The position numbers and the translations under genes were made by a program. Under the pieces are notes generated by a model, which worked only from the letters and a program-made list of their open reading frames with translations, did no database searches and was not told the origin of the DNA. DNA of 64,000 nucleotides, from assembly GCA_047285535.1 (NCBI GenBank), contig JBJBDC010000001.1, positions 2,464,136-2,528,135 on the forward strand, written 5' to 3'. Below, one piece after another: positions 58,679 through 64,000 of this stretch. The first letter of the stretch is position 1, and every line of letters starts with the position of its first letter. The DNA is from Synechococcus sp. GTDB taxonomy: Bacteria; Cyanobacteriota; Cyanobacteriia; PCC-6307; Cyanobiaceae.

Positions 58679-59532
58679 TTAGTTCTGAGATGGTTTTTGA
58701 TTTTAGAGTATACTCTTTTTATAATATTCTTCTTCTCTTGCTTTTGCTTCATCCAGCTACAATGCCAATAGTGCAATGCGAGTGAATAGTCCTCAAGATA
58801 TTCTTTTGGACGACTATCTAGTTCTTTAAGGAAATTAGGCCAAGCATAAAAATAGTTGGATGGAAGGATTCCTACCTTTTCATTTTTTAATTTATTTTCT
58901 ATCGTTTTTGTTAGCATATATGGTCCTGTCTTTCTCATGATCTCCATGTTATCTTTTTCGTCTACTTGAGTTGTTTCGGCGATGATATTATTGACTGCAG
59001 TAATTATTTCATTGTCTTTAGAGCATGCAATTAATCCGTTTGCGATTTCTACTTTACCGGATTGAGGTGCTGGTAGATGCCCCGCGATAAATTGACTTCC
59101 ATCAAAGCATTGATCAAGACTCTTTATGCATTCAAAGTCTGTATCAACATAGAGACCTCCATATTGTTCAAGTATTGCATACCTTGCGATATCACTTTTG
59201 GCTCCTGGATTCACTAGTGAGCAATATAGACTCTTCCCTTTAAAATCTAGTGTTTCTATTTCTTTATCTGTCCATAAGCAGTATTTGTAATCTGGCATTA
59301 ATGTTCTCCATGTATTGGATAATGTTAATAACTCACTTGGTAATTTAGATCCAATCCAAATCTGATGAATTATTTTTGGTATATATCTGTGATTTCTTTT
59401 TCTTTTTGTCCATCTCATGTATGATTGCGCATAGCTCAACCAAGCATCGATATCTGGTTCTGACATCCAAAAGTTTGGATGTACCCTGCTCAGCTTTGCA
59501 AAATGATTCAGGTCTCTATATTTGCTGATCAT
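58675..59532 (-). CDS. GT32 (OCH1-like) DxD glycosyltransferase
   Basis: IPKIIHQIW, SDIARY, GGLYVDTD, TGP, HYWHCSW. Confidence 0.88.
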   Translation of the reverse strand: MISKYRDLNHFAKLSRVHPNFWMSEPDIDAWLSYAQSYMRWTKRKRNHRYIPKIIHQIWIGSKLPSELLTLSNTWRTLMPDYKYCLWTDKEIETLDFKGKSLYCSLVNPGAKSDIARYAILEQYGGLYVDTDFECIKSLDQCFDGSQFIAGHLPAPQSGKVEIANGLIACSKDNEIITAVNNIIAETTQVDEKDNMEIMRKTGPYMLTKTIENKLKNEKVGILPSNYFYAWPNFLKELDSRPKEYLEDYSLALHYWHCSWMKQKQEKKNIIKRVYSKIKNHLRTK

Positions 59533-60509
59533 AGACTTCCTTTATAGTTTACTCGCTTTATTGCGGCTTTCAATTTATTGCTAACAATATATCCGATTAA
59601 TTTCAAATACTCTATGATAATGTATCTTGTTTTTGGCAAGCCACAATTGTTATGTATGATTGAGATTTCTTCTTTTGAAAGATTTTTTAGGTCTGTAAGC
59701 GAATACTGGTTTGACCACATGCCGTGACTTTCCCATGGAGGCGTTCCTTTCGTGTGTGTAGCATCTTCTCTAAAACCTTCATTGATGGAATAAATATTAT
59801 TCGGTGTCAGTGAGTATGCTTTGTGTTTTACGTGAGTTAGATTCCATTCGTAATCCCAAGCTTTCATATGGCCTGATTTACATGCATATATTCTAAGTGC
59901 AAGTTCTTTTGTACGTATGCTTACTGGTAATCTCCAAAATATGGATATTTTATCGAGCTCTTGTTGAGCTATTATGTTCCTTGAATGTATTTCCCAGCGA
60001 TTTTTCCAGGTTGCCCATCCCCATACTCTGCAAAGAGGACTTTTGAAAATTTTGCTTTCCTTTTCTTCACCTTTATATTTTATTATGGAAGGGTCAAAAT
60101 GAGATGAGATTGAAAATATAGATAAATCGTCTCTATAAATCGATAACATCTTACACATCGCGTTCATGTATCCCTCGTCAATCCTAATATCGTCTTCTAT
60201 TATTATCCCTTGGGTGTTATGCCTAAAGAACCATGATATAGCGTCTAGGACACCATTTCGGCATCCTCGATTAGCCTGTAGCCTTTTATATTTGATTCTT
60301 GCAAGCTTAAAATTTTCGATTGTTGATAACATATTGTTTTGTTGCTCTTGATCATATTTATTCTTTGGCCCATCGATCGCCACCCATAGCTTACTGAAAT
60401 GTTTTTGCTCCAAATCTTTTATTAGTCGATCAAATAAATCTGACCTATTGTAGCTGACTATTAGTATTGGCGTGTCTTTTATCGTTTGTTTTCTTTGGAT
60501 GTTTTTCAT
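59529..60509 (-). CDS. second HlpA-like GT-A transferase
   Basis: YNR, IDGP, IIEDD, WGWATWK, WDYEW. Confidence 0.78.
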   Translation of the reverse strand: MKNIQRKQTIKDTPILIVSYNRSDLFDRLIKDLEQKHFSKLWVAIDGPKNKYDQEQQNNMLSTIENFKLARIKYKRLQANRGCRNGVLDAISWFFRHNTQGIIIEDDIRIDEGYMNAMCKMLSIYRDDLSIFSISSHFDPSIIKYKGEEKESKIFKSPLCRVWGWATWKNRWEIHSRNIIAQQELDKISIFWRLPVSIRTKELALRIYACKSGHMKAWDYEWNLTHVKHKAYSLTPNNIYSINEGFREDATHTKGTPPWESHGMWSNQYSLTDLKNLSKEEISIIHNNCGLPKTRYIIIEYLKLIGYIVSNKLKAAIKRVNYKGSL

Positions 60510-60512
60510 GGG

Positions 60513-61622
60513 TTAACTAACTTTTCCTGTTAATGTATTGAGCCTGTGCTCAAATGTATTTTCATGTTTCCTTACGCAATTTGCAGCCTTGATCCTTAAA
60601 ATCTTCTGTAGTTCCCTGTCTTTCATTATTTCTAGGGATTTTTCTTTTAATTCTTGTGGTGTTTTGAAGAACCCAATTTCAGGATAATCATAGAGAAGTT
60701 GCCGGTGTTCTTTTGTGTCTTGATAGATCCCGCATCCTCCAATTGCTCCTATTTCGTAGGAACGATCTGTTGATTTGTCCTTATTTCCCTCTCTTAAAAG
60801 TCCAATTGTGATCTTTGCGTTATATATTTTTTCACAGTACTCTGAACCTTGCACTTCGTTTTTGTATTTCCATCCTTTGATTTTGCAACTTTCCCAACTG
60901 TTTCCATAGATAACTTTGTTGATGTTGGGTTCATTGCTTAGGCTGCCTAGCCATCTTTTTCTTTCTTGTGCACCTGTACCAATAAAAATAATATCTTCAT
61001 CTCCACTCCAATTCCACTGAGCTCGTGGTTGAAAATGAATTTCAGGATCATAGGCACATGGAAGCCAACTAACTTGTTTAGCTCCTTCTTTGAGTAATTT
61101 TCCGATTCGTTGTTTCTGCGTACTATAGATATGGTCATAGTTGCTGATTTCACTTATAAAGGCTTTGTTTTTATGAATTGGATTCCACGGATCATCTATT
61201 AGGTAGTTTATTATTTGACTATTTTGTCTTTTGGCTTCTAGGAAGCATTCTTCTCCTAGCGGCAGTATATTTGTAACGACAATAAAATGTGGCTTTATTA
61301 AACGGATTTTTCTCTTTAATTCGAGGCTAAACCTGCGCCATTCCTTTGTTTTTTTGCCATTCATCCGGTAGTAGATTTTCCCCATTATGCTTTTCATGGA
61401 TGGCGAGTATAGGCAATCTGGTGAATTGTATTCTATTTGAATATGACTGTAATGCTCTTTTGCTTTCAGACCTGCTCTCAGTAGTTTGCTCCCAAGTGCT
61501 TCTGGCTTGCTGATGTCTGCGATCAGCATGACTGAATCCATGTACTTCAAATTTTCTCCTTTATACCACAAAATTGCATTCATATCCATATCTTTCTTTG
61601 TATTGATTTTCAATTGAAGCAA
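60513..61622 (-). CDS. CgeB-like GT-B glycosyltransferase; start uncertain
   Basis: DDPW, WLPCAYDP, FIGT, RSYEIGAIGG, NTFEHR. Confidence 0.75.
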   Translation of the reverse strand: MLQLKINTKKDMDMNAILWYKGENLKYMDSVMLIADISKPEALGSKLLRAGLKAKEHYSHIQIEYNSPDCLYSPSMKSIMGKIYYRMNGKKTKEWRRFSLELKRKIRLIKPHFIVVTNILPLGEECFLEAKRQNSQIINYLIDDPWNPIHKNKAFISEISNYDHIYSTQKQRIGKLLKEGAKQVSWLPCAYDPEIHFQPRAQWNWSGDEDIIFIGTGAQERKRWLGSLSNEPNINKVIYGNSWESCKIKGWKYKNEVQGSEYCEKIYNAKITIGLLREGNKDKSTDRSYEIGAIGGCGIYQDTKEHRQLLYDYPEIGFFKTPQELKEKSLEIMKDRELQKILRIKAANCVRKHENTFEHRLNTLTGKVS

Positions 61623-61867
61623 TTATTGTTCTTGCTATGTGTTGTGCGTCGCGTGTTATTGAAGTTGGTTTCTTGTAAGCCTCTGTCTTTTCATATTGCG
61701 TTGAGCTGTCATTCTTTTGTTGTTTATGTTCTTTTTGTGATTATCTTGAAGTGTTGGTGCAGAGTTTGTTTGCCTTCTCGACATGGCTTTGCTTGTTGCT
61801 ATTCTGGTGAGTGCTCGAAGGGCTTGGTACTTTTAAATGCTATCTTGATTTGGACTGAATTTTTCTC

Positions 61868-62842
61868 TTAGTATATTTCACTATTGAGCATTTTTTTTAT
61901 GATGAATTTTAGATCGGTTTTTGTTTCCCATTGCAGTTCTTTTTTGATCTTCTCTGGGTTTAGGTAAGACTGTGTGATGTCAGAAGGCCGCCTCAACTCT
62001 TGATTCGTTACCACATAATCTCTCCAGTGCAGATTCAATTCTTTGAACGAGGCCTCTACAAAGTCTTTGAGTGAATATGTTCGCCCTGTGGCTATAATGT
62101 AATCTTTAGGTTTTTGAGTTTGTAGCATCAAGTGCATCGCTTTTACGTAATCTGGTGCCCAACCCCAGTCTCTCCATATGTCTAGATTTCCTAGTTCTAG
62201 TCTTTTCATTTCCCCGCGACTAATAGCCTTTGCACCCTGTATGATTTTTTGGGTGACAAAATTCTGGGCCCTTAATGGTGATTCATGATTAGCTAGTATT
62301 CCTGTGCAAACATGCATCTTATAAGCGTCTCTGTAGATTGCAGCATTCCAATACGCAGCTGCTTTGGCTGCCCCATAGGGACTCTTTGGTCTCATTGGCG
62401 TCTCTTCGTTTGCCCCTTTTTGGATTGTTGTATCTCCATAGGACTCTGAACTTCCTGCGCAAAATAATTTTATTTCATTGTTTAATATTTTTATCGATTC
62501 AAGTATGTTTGTATTCGCTGTTACTATTGAGTCGATGCATTCAACTGGTTGGTTGAAAGAAAGCCCTACGCTTGTTTGCCCTGATAAATTGTAGATCTCG
62601 TTTGGCATAATCTGATTTACTGCCGTTATGACGCTTCTAAAGTCGCTAGGGGCTATTGAGATTAATTTTATCTTCTCTCTTATGTTTAGCTTTTGGAGGC
62701 AATTTGTGTTGCATCTTTGAGCATCTCTGCTAGAGCCATACACTTTATAGCCTAGCTTTAACAGGTGGTCAGACAAGTATGCTCCGTCTTGGCCGGTCGC
62801 TCCAAGTATTAACGCTTTTTTTGTCATGCCATTTTTTTTCAT
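61868..62842 (-). CDS. gmd: GDP-mannose 4,6-dehydratase-like protein
   Basis: GATGQDGAYL, SSE, PYGAAK, NHESPLR, LGNLDIWRDWGWAPDY. Confidence 0.85.
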   Translation of the reverse strand: MKKNGMTKKALILGATGQDGAYLSDHLLKLGYKVYGSSRDAQRCNTNCLQKLNIREKIKLISIAPSDFRSVITAVNQIMPNEIYNLSGQTSVGLSFNQPVECIDSIVTANTNILESIKILNNEIKLFCAGSSESYGDTTIQKGANEETPMRPKSPYGAAKAAAYWNAAIYRDAYKMHVCTGILANHESPLRAQNFVTQKIIQGAKAISRGEMKRLELGNLDIWRDWGWAPDYVKAMHLMLQTQKPKDYIIATGRTYSLKDFVEASFKELNLHWRDYVVTNQELRRPSDITQSYLNPEKIKKELQWETKTDLKFIIKKMLNSEIY

Positions 62843-63419
62843 GGATTTTGATTTGTGCTTTGCTCAAGTTTGAACATATTCTGCTGTACTTTCCTCGCTT
62901 TTTTATTGGTCTTCTGATTTTGTATTTTATACCATTGATGCTTTTGATGAAGCTTGGTCTGTAGTTTTTATCGATTTTTCCTTTCGCATGCAGGCTTTCT
63001 GGTTTGACCTTTCTATTCTGTCCCTTTTGTCTTATTGATTTTTCCCTTTGCTTCGGGCTCAATGCTTGATTCGCTTTTGGTTTGGTGCTGATCTTCTGCT
63101 CTCCTGCGGTTTTTGTTTTGGCTTCCGACTCTTTTCTTGGTTCTTTGCTCGCTGTTTAATTTCCTGTTGATCAATGAATGTCGATGAATTCTCTCTTTGA
63201 TTGTTGTTTCTGTGGCATCGGCTTTTATTGCAGTGTTGTATGTGTCTTTAATGATTTTCATTGTACGCGACGTAGTCGTAATATTTGATGCTTTTTGCTT
63301 TCTTCGTTATTCATGTTTGGCCTCGGTTTGTTGAAATTTGTAGTTCGTGTTTTTAGGGGCTTAATCTCCTTTTCCGATTCTGAGAGGGTTTTAGCTCTTT
63401 TTTTGGATAGTCTCTCAGC

Positions 63420-64000
63420 ATGAGCTTCCTCGCCGGCCTCAACGACGCTCAGCGCAGTGCGGTGGATCACCATGAAGGCCCGTTATTGGTTGTCGCTGGA
63501 GCAGGAAGTGGAAAGACGAGAGCCCTCACCCATCGCATTGCCCATTTGATTGGCGAGCATGGGGCGGACCCTGCCCAGATTCTGGCGGTGACGTTCACCA
63601 ACAAAGCTGCCCGAGAAATGAAGGAGCGGTTGGAGCTGTTGCTCGCTCATCGCCTCGCGCAGAGTCAGTTCGGCCAACCCTGGAGCACTTTGCCTCTGGT
63701 TGAGCAGCGGCAATTGCGTTCTCGTATCTACCGCGAGGTCACCAAGGAGTTGTGGATTGGTACCTTTCATGCCCTGTTTGCGCGCATGCTCCGTTTCGAT
63801 ATCGATAAATTCAAGGATGCTGAGGGCCTGTCCTGGACTAAGCAGTTTTCGATCTACGACGAGGCTGACGCTCAGAGTTTGGTGAAGGAAATCGTCACCC
63901 AAGAGCTGCAATTAGACCCCAAGCGGTTTGAGCCCAAGAAGGTTCGTTGGGCGATTAGTAATGCCAAGAATCAAGGCTGGTCACCTGAGGATCTTGAAGC
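63420..64000 (+). CDS. pcrA: UvrD/PcrA ATP-dependent DNA helicase (5' part, runs off the window)
   Basis: MSFLAGLNDAQRSAVDHHEGPLLVVAGAGSGKTRALTHRIAHL...AVTFTNKAAREMKERL...IGTFH; missing from the ORF track because there is no stop in the window. Confidence 0.95.
   Translation, partial: MSFLAGLNDAQRSAVDHHEGPLLVVAGAGSGKTRALTHRIAHLIGEHGADPAQILAVTFTNKAAREMKERLELLLAHRLAQSQFGQPWSTLPLVEQRQLRSRIYREVTKELWIGTFHALFARMLRFDIDKFKDAEGLSWTKQFSIYDEADAQSLVKEIVTQELQLDPKRFEPKKVRWAISNAKNQGWSPEDLE

Larger units (their letters stand above)
27056..63419. other. surface-glycan (LPS/EPS) biosynthesis island between ho1 and pcrA
   Basis: Dense GT, flippase and ligase genes; visibly AT-rich from about 34.8 kb with an abrupt return to GC-rich sequence at 63420; no integrase seen. 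Confidence 0.85.

Noticed and set aside
62816..62839. T7 and T8 runs at the gmd start as phase-variation tracts
   Set aside because: Short runs are expected in such T-rich sequence
62769..63473. Lys/Arg-rich minus-strand and Phe/Leu-rich plus-strand short ORFs
   Set aside because: Explained by the extreme local strand skew; no motifs
63483..63911. 142-aa minus-strand ORF
   Set aside because: Antisense shadow of pcrA/uvrD

Overview
Chromosomal window from what looks like a marine picocyanobacterium (Synechococcus-like, inferred from gene content and order: hli, glgP, ho1, icd, glcE/F, pcrA/uvrD, with HIP1 sites rare). There are four parts. (1) About 1-7 kb is a small accessory patch: ZIP transporter, an hli gene plus a motif-less hli relic, a secreted His/Gly-repeat protein, a DUF1003-like protein and mscL. 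(2) About 7-21.5 kb is a GC-rich core block: glgP, Na+/H+ antiporter, hydrolase, mutarotase, glcE, DUF1537 kinase, glcF, AI-2E transporter and icd. (3) At 21.5-25.8 kb is a lower-GC three-gene lipid-carrier glycosylation cassette: GtrB/ArnC-like GT2, GT-C-like membrane protein and a GtrA-YdjC deacetylase fusion. (4) ho1 is followed by a ~36 kb mosaic surface-glycan island that ends at pcrA/uvrD. It holds about 20 glycosyltransferases, two ABC flippase-like transporters, two Wzy_C/ligase-like proteins, an initiating sugar-P transferase, an AsnB-like amidotransferase and gmd. The best leads are the Lgm/NaxD-like amino-sugar transfer cassette with a flippase-deacetylase fusion, the orientation-independent T-over-A strand skew in the island, and the HHGG-repeat secreted protein. 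I saw no rRNA, tRNA, CRISPR array, integrase or transposase. All family calls come from motif recognition only; no searches were run.
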